Of a stretch of 64,000 nucleotides of DNA, positions 49,861 through 62,585 are shown piece by piece; position 1 is the first letter of the stretch; each line of letters opens with the position of its first letter. Source of the DNA: Saccostrea echinata (Eukaryota). Under the pieces are notes generated by a model. It worked only from the letters and a program-made list of their open reading frames with translations, was not told where the DNA came from and did no database searches. A program made the position numbers and the translations under genes. Location of the stretch: positions 2,790,001 to 2,854,000 of the forward strand of contig NW_026889756.1 of the NCBI RefSeq assembly GCF_033153115.1. Direction: 5' to 3'.

Positions 49861-52789
49861 CTTTTCAAGATTTGCACTGTTTAGTAGTTTTTCAGAATTA
49901 TAAGTAAACAAGTATAGAAGTCCATATCAATCATTTATGATATATCGTCTAACATTCCATACACATACAATGCAATTACGTTACAATACTATTATTTGCT
50001 TTCCAAATCACAATTTTGGTCAGTAATGTGAAATTTTCACACTTCAGAGGACAACTAAAAAGCAGAGTAAAAGTTCATGCATGATTATAAATCTTTCCAA
50101 CAGTATTCACACCCGCCTATGATGATAATCAGTTCAAAGGTCACTGATCAATGACCTCAGATCACTGACCAAATTGTTGCCTGCCAAGTAAAAGGTCATC
50201 AATAAATGTCCTGGGGTCACCGACTAATTTTCGCTTGCCATATCATTTGCTTTTCAGAAGTTTGCACAGTTTTTGATTTTTTTCAAACTTGTCTCAATGG
50301 TAATCCTCCGGGTTTACTTCTGTAAATTGTTTTGCCTCCTTTCTTTCCATCTAAATCTTAAAATCAAAATATGATATCAAAATAACATGAAAGATCAAAA
50401 TAACATCAAAGAGGATAAAAATAACCGCAAAAGGAAGACAAAAACAACATCGAAAGAGAGAATAAAAATAACATCATCGTTTCAATCTCGTGATTGGAAC
50501 AGAGAACTCTCTCAATTCATTTCCCGCCATAACAGACCAAGGCAATAACAGTGACTCTGGGTACAAAAAAGAGTTTTATACAACATAGATACTGTTGATC
50601 ATAATCAGATACTAGTAGTATCGTCTAACGTTACTGCTGATACTAATACATGCACTACATATCCATTTGAAGTGCATGTACAGTCGGCGTCTTCCTCGAT
50701 GTTCAGTCACGTGCTTTCGGCTCCAAACTTTAGCCACGTGCCTCTTGTTTTCGTACAACCTGTAAATCAACCAGTACTGGTATATCCAAGCATGGCTACA
50801 GGGATTTAGCTTCGCAAATTCTGTGCTTATTCCTGAGGATGTGGAAATATAACTTGATATATTCGACATTTATAAATAAGTTACATTGCCAGGGCATGCA
50901 CTTTGACCCAGAGAATCGCGGCATTCCACATGAGCCTTCGATATTGTTATATTCCCTCTTCTCGGCAGTAAAGAGTGTTTGGAAACATTAAAAAACAAGT
51001 TTCGAGAACAAATTGCAACTGATGTGTATGATCTCTCTTTGGTGGTTGGCTCTGCCGCCTTACTTAACGAGTTAAAGCTTGACTCAATCCAATCCCATGA
51101 TGGATACAAAAGTTATATCTTGGAAAGAGACAGAAAGCTTTGAAAACCTAAGTCTTACATGCTCTTTCAGTTTATTTAAGATCTGTCACTAGCATTCTTT
51201 GTACGTGCTGAATTGGACACAATGAAATCTACTCATATCTCTGTTCAGTCTTGAGAGGCGGCAGGGAATCTTAATGGCTTTCCAGGACTACAACCCTCTC
51301 CCAAGTTGTCAGCTTTAAAGCCTAGTGACAAATCCCAAAATTTAACAGAACTGGAAGGACAAAGTCCAACTTCAGCAGATGATGGAAGAACGCTCTGATA
51401 GTAGTCTACGTCAGAATCAATGCAGATGTGGGAGCACCTAGAAACAGAGGCCGATACAGAATCATCTGTCATCGGACTTGGACAAATTCAACCAACGTAT
51501 TATTCAGAGTAGATAACTTATGCACACTGGATCACAAGGTTTATGTACCAGCAGGAAAGGACAATGTATGGTAACGGCCAAATTTGGCCTCTTATTTGAT
51601 TTTAAAAATCAAAACACAGTTAAAATTGTTATAGTTTGCAGTTAAGAACTTTAAATGTTGCCTGTTTTAAAACCAGCAATTATTTAATTCATAGAGTACA
51701 GGGAGGCCACAAGAGGGTGCCAAAGTTTGGACATTATACCGAATTTCCTCAATTCTGATGGAACTTTATCAAATTTGAGATACTTTTCACTTCGGGAAAC
51801 ATATAGCACAAGCTTACCTATCTGAAATTTTTATACACAAGAATCATCTGATATTAGTGCATAAAATATATAAAGTTGGTAGATAGGCAAGCTTGTGAAC
51901 TTTGTTTTTTGAAACAAACTGTTCCTTAAAATTGATTAAAATTTGCATAAAAAAGGGGAAATTCGGAAAATGACGTATTTTATGTCCTTCCTGTGACCTT
52001 TATGTACCCCATAAATTAGAATCAATACTTATTTTATAAGAGGTTTGTGATAATGAAATATTATACATCGCTCCTGGAGACACCGCAAATCAGGGGACAA
52101 GAAGGGGTATTAGTATATCTTGTCCTATATTACAAAATTTGGTCTTGTGATTACTCCATCTGTAGTTATGGTACATAATACTGAATGTATTTAAGTAATT
52201 GTATTTTAGTAAAAATATTAATTCCCTCCAATACTACTGCAGCTTTACACAGAGGGAACGTACTAGCTGATTTTGTTACTCTTGATGGGTCTTTTAAAAT
52301 TTTATTTTGAATATATATGGATATTACAATGTTGAAATTGTCAAGATTTTTTTAAAATCATATTTTGATTATAATCATTTATTGAAGAAAACTTGTTTTG
52401 TGTAAAATGTGACAAGTTAAAAAAATTTCAGCAATTTTTCGTCACCAAAGAACCCCCTCTTTAGATTTTACCTCTCTTGTTTAACATTCTACTCGGTTGA
52501 CACCTGGAGATCTAATGCAGTTTCGATAAGTCAGAAACCCTGTAGACTGACCCGTGATAAAAGAAAAGTTCCCAGAACTCAGTTGACCATTTTTGTGAAT
52601 TGTTTAATCAAGGTATTATTACGCATGCGACTGATTAAGAGGGCATATACATATCTAGCCCTATTATATTTCAACCATTTCAGGTGCATTTTCATATTCC
52701 AGGGAAACACATTTATCTAGAATTTTCAAAATGGGTATTGGCAAGGATTCGAATAAGTATACGATAAAACAACAAGTGCTTTGGAAGTC

Positions 52790-52828
<39 letters not shown>

Positions 52829-53204
52829 GTCTAACAATGTTATTAAGTACTTCACTCAATAGCTTAATTACTTAGGAAAAACTATTGCAAGGTCTCACAT
52901 ACAAGTCTGTTTTGTGTTACTTGGATATCGTTATTTTTGCTGTACGATTTTTATTGCATTTGACTAGCACTTGTCTAGCTTGTGTGAAGTGCTCCAGAGT
53001 TTCAGTGATGCAGGCCTTAAACTTCAGCAACTAAGTGTACTTTTGCTAGAGACATTGTGTATTTTTGGGACAACATTTGTAAAGATTGTATATACAAATA
53101 AGACCACCCTCAGCTCGCTTAGATATCATTCGTTCATATCAACTACACACATAACAAAAGCAATAGAAGGACTAGGGGGTTGTTTAACTGGTTGCGAAAA
53201 TACT

Positions 53205-54050
53205 TTACCCCGTTTTAGTGATATTGTTTACTATACCTCGTTTTAGTGATATTCCTTACTATACCTCGTTTTAGTGACATTGCTTACTATACTCCATTTA
53301 GTGACATTGCTAACTATTCCTCGTTTTATTGATATTTCTTATTATTATACTTCCGTTAAAATGTTTCCTATATTAAGTTAAGAAGGTAAAATAGCTATCT
53401 TTTATAATCTGATAATTTTCATGTATAGCAAAGCTATACCCCGGGGTATAGTTTGTGCTACCCACCCCGCGTAAAATTTTCATGCAATTGCCGCCAATTT
53501 TGATTTCCTATAATCGATCTATAGACTGATGATGTCATCCTGACTTCAGTAGCATTATGACGTCATCAGGATTTCAGCTCATTCTACCAGTGTTGTTTTT
53601 TTCCAAATAATTTTTCAAAATAATTATTCTTTTCATGTTTTGCCTAAGAAACTGTAGTATCAGGTAATACAAACCCTCATAAATTATGATATACATCAGT
53701 ATAATAAAACGCTTATCCCTGGCTGTGAGTGGTATACCTTTTTCATCAAACCTTTGACAGGAACTATTCCCCTCGGTCAAGCCCTCGGGGAATAGTTCCT
53801 GTCGCGGGTTTGGTAAAAGAGCTATCCCACTCACAGCCAGTGGGTAAGTGTATACTATACCTCCTTTTAGTGACATTGCTTACTATACCTCGTTTTAGTG
53901 ATGTTGCTTACTATACCTCGTTTTAGTGATATTGCTTACTATACCTCCTTTTAGTGACATTGCATACTATACCTCGTTTTAGTGATATTGTTTACTATAC
54001 CTCGTTTTAGTGATATTCCTTACTTTACCTCGTTTTAGTGATATTGCTTA
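53205..54050. repeat. 28 bp minisatellite interrupted by a Crypton-like palindromic element (~53346-53855)
   Basis: TATACCTCGTTTTAGTGATATTGCTTAC, ~5 plus ~7 copies. The insert has GGAACTATTCCCCTCGG..CCCTCGGGGAATAGTTCC and GGCTGTGAGTGG / CCACTCACAGCC. Confidence 0.85.
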
Positions 54051-55034
54051 CCCCCTGAACCTTTAGCTTAATAAGGGTGTCGATCAATTTGTGTGGATTG
54101 TAGATATCAAATCGCGTTTGATAAAATCTAGTAATACATTTTCTATTAATAGCCTGATAAAATACAAACAACTTGCTAATCAGAAAACATATTCGTATTT
54201 ATTTACTTCATGTGAAATCAGGTGTACATTGAATTACAAAAAGAAAGTGTTTTAACCATTTGCTTCACCATTACGTGCAATTTCTTCATTTATTTTTGAT
54301 GTAAAAAAATCACTGAATATTTTTAAGGTAATTGTAGACAAAATGACACAGGGTAAATACTTGTATAAAACTATTTCAGTTATCTTATGTATCCGATTAT
54401 CAGGCACTTTTCAAGATTAGTACCATGAAGAAGATAAAGATAACGTACAGATAACACACAGTGATCTTGTGATTTGAAACATATCTTCTATCAAAAAAAT
54501 AAGAGTCCGCCACTTGAAATGGCGGACACTATGTGGAAAATTCCTCGGCAATCATGAGCAGCTGTAGTTCAACCTGTGAAAGGTATGTTACCACATTACA
54601 TCGTTTTGGGTTTCTTTGAAATAAATTCTAAATAAATTACAGGCTCAAAGGCATGCATTAGTTTTGACACATAGTTTATTTTGCACCAACTGAAAGACGT
54701 TATTTACTCCATCCAAATGCATTATATTCAGCTCGCTATACAAATACACAAGAACTGCTGTTTTAAATATTTTTCTTTCTTTTTTTACGGAAAAGCATAT
54801 AAATGCTGCATGATGAATTTAAAACCTTGATCATGGCCAAGCTATTTTGAGGGTAAAAGATGAAATATCGAAGACCATTCTCTTTACTTTTGAGAAAATC
54901 TTTTGATGCATCTAATAATTACAATTATTTTTTCTCAGTTTATATTCCATGCATTTCTTTTAATTGATGAATGAAATGTATCTGCTATATTTAAATCTTG
55001 AATAATAAGAAGGCATTCACAATGTTCAACCATC

Positions 55035-55668
55035 CGCTATATAACATGTCAAACGTTGCAATATTCGATCCTTCCTCTTTATACTCAAGAATGTCAAACG
55101 TTGCAATATTCATTTCTTCTCATTTATCTTCTAGAATGTTTCATTTTATTCTATATATTCAATTTGTATCATAATATTTTCCATTTGTATTCACATTTTC
55201 TATTTGTTGTTTACAACCTCTTTCTGCATTCTACACATATTTCATTTAAATTATATACGTTCAATTTGTATTGTGCATAATACGTTATTTTCTTCTAAAA
55301 TGTTTTACTTAAAATATATATGAATTCGGTGTGTATTCCATCAAAAATTATTTGCATTTTATAATAAAAATTAAATATGTCCCATGATTTGTTTTAAAGA
55401 ATACAGATAAATATTGTTATCAAATAGAAATTATAGAATAAAATAGAAACCAGAGAATACAAATCAAACACAATAGAGAATAAAATTGAAAACAAACACT
55501 ATGAATCCAAATTTATAGAATACAAGTAAAACATTATACAATACAGACAAAATATATTCAATACAAAATATAAAAATTAGACATTATAAATCGTAAATTA
55601 TATAATATTTCTGGGACATTATATGATAAAATGAAAAAAAACAAACATTGCAACATGTGACATGCCAT
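55035..55668. mobile_element. Palindromic MITE with internal short repeats, only in duplicate copy B
   Basis: CATGTCAAACGTTGCAAT ... ATTGCAACATGTGACATG; ATTTGTATT / AATACAAAT arms. Confidence 0.6.
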
Positions 55669-56193
55669 ACCGCCACATTAAGTTGATAAAATAGCTTCTT
55701 CACTTTTAATAATCACTGACAAACTCTTTTTGTGATGAGTTAACTATTAATTAGTGAAGACGAACTGATTGCTCGTTGAAAATGCGTCATATTTTTATCT
55801 TCAAGTTTGGACAACTGCCATTAAGAGCAAGGTTTGTCAGATCAAGTTTCAGGTCTCTAAAAAAAGGTCCATGATATTTTACTTTTAGTGGGTGGATACA
55901 CACAGCACAAAAACAATCATTTTTTTAGTTGTTTAGCGAATTTTTTATCACATATCTCACATACCAGTTTAAGAAACCAGGTGAATTCCCAGCTATCAAA
56001 TGTTCATCTCATTGACATACGATTTACATTCAATTAATAAATTAATATGAAACATAAAACAAATTGACAAATCCCTACTTCGGGAATTAAAATATTAACT
56101 TGCTATCAAAACTCTTGCATATATATCAATGTATATATTAGTAAACTCACACACTCACTCTTTTCTAGACAGTTTAGATTAAATAAATTATTT

Positions 56194-56227
<34 letters not shown>

Positions 56228-56506
56228 TTCATAAAGAAGTTACGTACATAGTTGTTTAATTGTTTAGCTATCAAATGTATTACGTTGAGTAGCTTTTACT
56301 TATAATATTAGGGATCTTTCTTAACTATGAAATCATAATAATTCTTGACTATTACAATTTTTATCACACACTTCCTCTAAAACAAGTTTGCATAATATTG
56401 AAATCCTGAAAGTAATTCCGCTAATTCAAGCTGAACAAAATTAAATTACAATGACCAATAAAAATCAATGTAACAAGAAATAATTGAGTAACACATTCAA
56501 TATATA

Positions 56507-56739
56507 CCTGTGGCCCTTTTCACAAAAAAAATCTTATGACTAAGACAAAATAAAATCGTACTCTACAACAAGTATCTAAGCTGTATTAGGTCACAAAGTA
56601 TCTTATTATTCTTATACATTAGATTTTATTGTAGTTAATATCTGGGGAAATAATAAACATCTTTATTAAACAAAAAAATATACAAAGTAGTCAAATTGTT
56701 ATCTTAGTCGTAAGATTTTTGAGTAAAAAAGGCCACTGG
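56507..56739. mobile_element. Small MITE
   Basis: CCTGTGGCCCTTTT..AAAATCTTATGACTAAGA / TCTTAGTCGTAAGATTTT..AAAAGGCCACTGG. Confidence 0.65.
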
Positions 56740-57307
56740 CAGTCTTCCATTATTTGAGAAAGCGGTGTTTAGGTCAATAACAAACACTGAAGGAAGACAA
56801 GATAAAATGCTAGTACAGCATGACGCAGTGTTTAATGAAAGCATTAGTGAGTGAATGTATAAATTATACACAATTTATACAAAATTTGTATTACAAATAA
56901 ATATCTTAAAAATAAAAAAAAGGACAACGACCCACTAAAGCTTGCTTGTTTCACAACATCTTTTTCTTTATTTGTATTGTATATATATACTAGTTAGAGA
57001 GCGTGTTTGATGGGCCTTTTCAGCATACCAAAAAGAATATTCGCCATTTATCATTTTTTCTTTTATTTTTGCGTTGAAGAGAAACGGATTATGGAAAAAC
57101 AATGTCAAGAAAATGACATTGAATACTATCAAAAAGACATCTTGAAAATATTTTTAAAGAGTACGAGATTTAGTCGCTTGCTCAAAAAATTAGGGAAGCA
57201 TATGCAAGATGCTGTTTTAAATATAATCATTTAATATTAATTATTTACACTGTTAAATATCGTGGTACATTGACGTATTGTTTTTAAATGTAGTTGCCTT
57301 GGACAAG

Positions 57308-59059
57308 ATGGCTGAAAATAGAGTAGAAGAATCTAGTGGAACTGCTCAGCACTACATAGTGTGTGCCATATGTGGAGAGAGCTCCAACCTCTACTGCAAT
57401 GACTGCCAACAGAGCATATGTGAACAGCACAGAGATGTCCACCTCCAAGAAGAAAAAAACAGCCACCATGAAGTTGTTCTTTATACAAACAGAAGAACAC
57501 CCTTGCCGGCAGAAAAATGTTCAATCCATCCAACAAGAGACCTTGAAATCTACTGCGACTTTTGCAAGAATCCTATTTGTTCCAAATGCTCCACTTCAAA
57601 TCACAGAAATCACCAGACGTCTGATCTAGAGATTGTCTACAATGAAAAACTACAGCAATGCAAAGATCGACTTACAAAGATCCGTGAAGAAAAATTAAAT
57701 TCCCAGACAGAACGAACAGAAAAAGATGAGGAAATATTTACTCTGATGAGATCTGCCATGATGCAAAGAGCTCAAGAGATGAAAGAAGTTGTGGATGCCG
57801 TTCTTTCCGATAAGGTTGGTGAGCTTGGTGAAATGAAGGAATCATATTTAAAAGAAACAGAAAAAGGGAGGTTAACAACAGAAGCCTCTATCGAAGCACT
57901 TAAAAACGAGATGGAATCGGCATCAATGAAGCCGTCCAGTCTCTTAACATTCCATCAGAGATTGTCTTCACAGGCACTGGAGATAGTGCAAGAATCTATA
58001 ACCGATCATCCAACATTACCTACATTCATTAAAGGTTCAGAAAATAAAAGAGAAATAGAACAACAGTTTGGGGAAATTAATTGGCCAGTAAAGGATCTGA
58101 ATTTCTCTCGACACGAAGAAGCAATGAATTTTAGTCAGAGCCTTCTAACTATGAGTAAAGAGAGAGAAGAAGACAGAGGAATGACAAAATCGCTTCGCAA
58201 GATTAAAGTTGTTCATTCAATTAAATTAGATTTGAAAATAAAAAGAAAAATTAACATTTGTACACCAGCGTATCATTTATCTTTTTTGTCGTCGGGGAAA
58301 TTCTGGGCCAGTAACAGCTGGGGGAACCTCATCCTGTTTGATATGGAGGGAAATGTGTTAAAGAAAATATCCACTAATGTAGTAGATGTCATAGGTTACC
58401 ACTCCGTCACAGTAGAGGGGCACCTTCTCTTCACAACTGCCAAAAGTAAAGCAATCTGCCAAGTGAATTGCGAAATGAACACCACAAGAATTATCTCGAC
58501 TGAGGAGTGGGAACCAGGGGCTATTTACTCCTCCCACATCAATGGAGATATACTTGTGGGGATGACTAAAAATAAAGAATTCAAGGTGACCAGATACAGC
58601 AGGGAAGGGAAGAAACTCCAGGTGACCAAGAATGATGATGAAGGAAACAACCTTTACAAGAGTATAGCCTACATCACAGAGAACATCAACGGTGACATCT
58701 GTACATCAGACTATACCGCTCATAGAGTGGTGGTTGTGACCAGTTCTGGACAATACCGCTTCTCTTATTCTGGTCACCGGTCTCAGTCCGGATTCCGTCC
58801 GTATGGAATCTGTACAGACTTTCTGGGACATATCTTGGTTTGTAACGGTTACTGTCCCTTGTTTGGCAGAAATTGCTCCAGTGTCCACCAGCTGGACATG
58901 GATGGCCAGTTCCTGTCGCTTCTACTCACGTCAGATCAATGCCCATACAAACCCCGCGCTCTATGTTTTGATGAGAAGCACACATTAATAGTCGGGAGTG
59001 AGGATAGTTCTACTGTCACTGTGTACAAATATCTCCAGAAGACAGAAAATTATACATAA
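57308..59059 (+). CDS. RING-less TRIM-like B-box/coiled-coil/NHL-like protein, copy B (583 aa)
   Basis: Colinear paralog of 44970-46706. ATG 57308 follows acceptor TGTAG at 57293; probable 5' UTR exon with donor at 54583. Confidence 0.9.
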   Translation: MAENRVEESSGTAQHYIVCAICGESSNLYCNDCQQSICEQHRDVHLQEEKNSHHEVVLYTNRRTPLPAEKCSIHPTRDLEIYCDFCKNPICSKCSTSNHRNHQTSDLEIVYNEKLQQCKDRLTKIREEKLNSQTERTEKDEEIFTLMRSAMMQRAQEMKEVVDAVLSDKVGELGEMKESYLKETEKGRLTTEASIEALKNEMESASMKPSSLLTFHQRLSSQALEIVQESITDHPTLPTFIKGSENKREIEQQFGEINWPVKDLNFSRHEEAMNFSQSLLTMSKEREEDRGMTKSLRKIKVVHSIKLDLKIKRKINICTPAYHLSFLSSGKFWASNSWGNLILFDMEGNVLKKISTNVVDVIGYHSVTVEGHLLFTTAKSKAICQVNCEMNTTRIISTEEWEPGAIYSSHINGDILVGMTKNKEFKVTRYSREGKKLQVTKNDDEGNNLYKSIAYITENINGDICTSDYTAHRVVVVTSSGQYRFSYSGHRSQSGFRPYGICTDFLGHILVCNGYCPLFGRNCSSVHQLDMDGQFLSLLLTSDQCPYKPRALCFDEKHTLIVGSEDSSTVTVYKYLQKTENYT

Positions 59060-59836
59060 ATATTCACTGCCAGATGGAACCTCTTATAAAAATTGCGCAA
59101 AATCAAACTAAGCTCAACGTTTCAATGTAAAATTAATTTATGATGAATATAAATCTATAGTTCTTGGTGAATATGAGATTTTCCATGTATTGTGAAACAG
59201 GCTTTGGTTTGTTTCTTCTGGTATTTCTCAGATACTGGATTTTTGTAGCTTTTTATAGCTTTTATTGTTCTACTCTGCATTGTTTGGTTGCTTGATTGTT
59301 GTTTAACATTTTCATATCTTGTGATTGGGCATCTTGAATATTACTTTGACTAAAGGAAGTATCCTGATATTGCTATTAAGGATATACTCTCCTCAGCCAA
59401 AAACACATACTCTTGATATTGTTATTTAATTAGATAGTCTAAATGAAGCTTTAAATTGAATTTTTCGTGCAATATTTTTCATTAAAAGACTCCTTGTTTG
59501 ATTTAGTGTTCTTTGAAGTCTTACAAATTGTCTTGGCAAAAGTACATGTGTAGACATTAATGCACCAAAAAAATTACCAAGAAATAAATTTTTCGATATA
59601 TCTAATTTCGGCTTATTCTGCTTTACACAACAATATTTTTTAGCACTATATGACAATGGAAGTACATTTAACTTTATATATTTTATATCAATTGAAGTTG
59701 ATAGAAGAACTTAAATACCACAAATGTAAAAATTAAAAACATGTATTTTTATTGAAGCGGATAAGAATAGTTATTTTATTCTAAAATATATTTGTTGATC
59801 AATTGCCAATTAAAAATGCATAATTAAGGTTTATAT

Positions 59837-61423
59837 CAGGGATGGGGTAATGATAATGTGTAATGGTAATTGACAGTAATTAATTACGAATTTTGATGTA
59901 ATTGAAAGTAATGTGCAATTGGTCCAATTTTCAATTACATGTAATTGTAATTCAATTAATTACTTTCGAGAAAAGCATGTAGTTCACAATTACTTTTCAA
60001 TTACATTCAATTACACTAGTGTTTAATACATGAGAAATAGCCCCCACTCCCACCCCTTCAAGTCCTATAAACTCTATGCAAAAAAACATAACTGAATATT
60101 TTAAAAAATGTTCTATAATTTTTTTTTTTTTAAATTATATATTTCTTTTATTTCGTGCATTGCTGCTTCCTCTTTAAAATGCATTTTCTTCCAAATTTTT
60201 GATCATATTTATCTCTTTCTTTGTTATGTAGAAATAAAATTAATAATTTCGATTAAGTTGTTTATGAATTGAAACTTAGATTATCTAGTCCAATGGCTTC
60301 TAATCCTTTGTTTGCCATACCTACAGCTTGTGTTAAAAGTGATTAACAGGTACTTATTAGTGCACTAGGGTCATGTACATATTGACACGGAACTTAAATA
60401 GAGATTTTACACTCATTTTGACTTTTTTGAACACACACATTGACTATGTCTTCCCACAAATCTTTTTTTTTTTAATGTATAATTTGGTGTTATAACACCA
60501 ATATTTATAATTTATTAAAAATTTGTGGGAAGACAGTAGTTTGACACACAATATGTCAAAATCAATGTACTAGCATTTTGAGATATATTGCTTAGGATGA
60601 TGAATAAGCAGGAAGCAATGCAAAATGCATCCATTGTTTTGCATAAATATCGCAGAAAGTTTTTGAAGGGACACATTTATTAAGGTAAAACAGCATCCAG
60701 GTCCTGTAAAAGGACCGTGTCCTGGTTGAAAATTGGCTCTCTTTTTCCTCCAAAATTCAGGTAACTGATTCCCTAATGATGACCAAATTAATTTTTTTTG
60801 ATGCTGTTTATTTATAGAAATAACAAGTTTTGAAAGTTTAATCATTTTTAAAGATATATATCATCTATATATAGGGAACAAGTCCACTATTTAACTCTTC
60901 GATCAACAAATAAATAAAAATCAACAACATTTCCCAATTTGGCCACGTTTTGGATTAAAGATTCACAATTAAAAGGGTACAGGACCCTGTACCAAAAAGG
61001 GTCAATTAAGCCAGGAACTTGCTATTAGTCATTATGTACCGTATGTATTCCTGTTACAATGCCCCAGTGTAAAATGTCTTCATTGTGATAGAAAAATCTT
61101 TAAACCTGATAGATGTAGGTTAGGGGACACAATATTTCAAAATTTCATTAACATCTAAACAATGTTTACTTCATGTAAAAAAAAAAAAAAAAGGAACTGA
61201 ATCTATATGAATTAAAATGAACGTTCATGACTATTTATCATTGTTATCTTTATGTTTTTTCTTAATGTAATTTGTAATTTAATTAATTACATATCCGAAG
61301 TAATTGTTATTTAATTAATTACATTTCAAAATTCTTGTTATGGTAATGGTGATTTAATTGAAGGTTTTGGGAAAGTAATTGTATTTAATTTATAACTTTC
61401 CTATGTAATTGACCCCATTCCTG
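59837..61423. mobile_element. hAT-like non-autonomous element with 8 bp TSD
   Basis: CAGGGATGGGG ... CCCCATTCCTG; TSD GTTTATAT / GTGTATAT; many GTAATT/AATTAC subterminal motifs. Absent at the paralogous site ~47565. Confidence 0.75.
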
Positions 61424-61616
61424 GTGTATATACACGTATTTTGAAAATATATAAGATATAAAGTCTATATACAATGACTAACTTTAATGATTAACTTTGA
61501 AGAAATGATATGATAAAATACTCATTACTTGTAATTTATTGACATTTATGTGAGCATTTTCAATTACTACTGATTTCCAGAAGCCGGTGATTAAAATGAT
61601 ACTTGATTTTCACATT

Positions 61617-61693
<77 letters not shown>

Positions 61694-62289
61694 CAAATTT
61701 AAATGGAGAAAATTATAAATTATAATTTATTCATTTACTGATATATTAAACAACTATCATTTTCAAAAATGCTTTGAAGTAGGTTTAGATATACCCGTTT
61801 GAAAACCATAAAATACCGGTTATTATTTGTTCATTCTTCTACGTATACGGGGGAATTAAATGGAGGAGGAAGTGTAGGATTTTGATGGATATGAGTTACC
61901 CCCACCTCTCCCCCGTATTCTCCGACCTATTGGAATTTGACACCTCCTCTTATAATTCGTTTTATCTGTTACAACATTGCAAAAAATTATTTTATAAGTA
62001 CAGGTAGTAATATTCAACCTGTTACATAAGTAGGTATTAGCCGGTTATTATAATAAAGAAGACACGTTAAAAAAATATCTAAAGAAAGGTTCATAAACGT
62101 ACGTGGATGCAGGTGAGAATTTACCCTCCCCGTCTTTGCATATGTCCAGTAACAAAGCTCTCTACAAATACAAAAATCTATGCAGTTTAGCATTTTTAAG
62201 ATAATAATTAATTTTTGCAAGATTGCAGACATAAATCTCTGTTACACTAAAGCTTTATATGTTTTATTTGGAGAGGATTAGTTTCTGTT

Positions 62290-62585
62290 ATGTTTGTTTC
62301 TTTCTTTAACGTCCCTTCGAATATTTTTCACTCATATCGAGATGCCACCATTTGCCGGTGGAGGGCTGTAAATTTAGACCTGTACTTGGTACTTAAGGCT
62401 TTTGAGCAGTGAGGGATCTTTTTCGTGCCCCCCTTCTGGGACACTGTACCTCGATTTATACAGTCTCATCCGAAGGATCGGTCTCCACGTCCCAAAGTGA
62501 GATTCGAACCCGCAAATAAGGATCAACTCCTTACGCTACAACTCTAGAGAGAACGCTCTAAACACTCGCCACGAGGGCGACTGAT
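62290..62585 (-). mobile_element. tRNA-derived SINE (3' remnant also at ~30200-30262)
   Basis: GATTCGAACCC (B box on minus strand); core CTCATCCGAAGGA..GAGCAGTGAGGGATCTTT; (TTTG)n tail. Confidence 0.65.

Noticed and set aside
57278-57307. TTG-initiated N-terminal extension
   Set aside because: Overlaps a splice acceptor; the paralog starts at the equivalent of ATG 57308.
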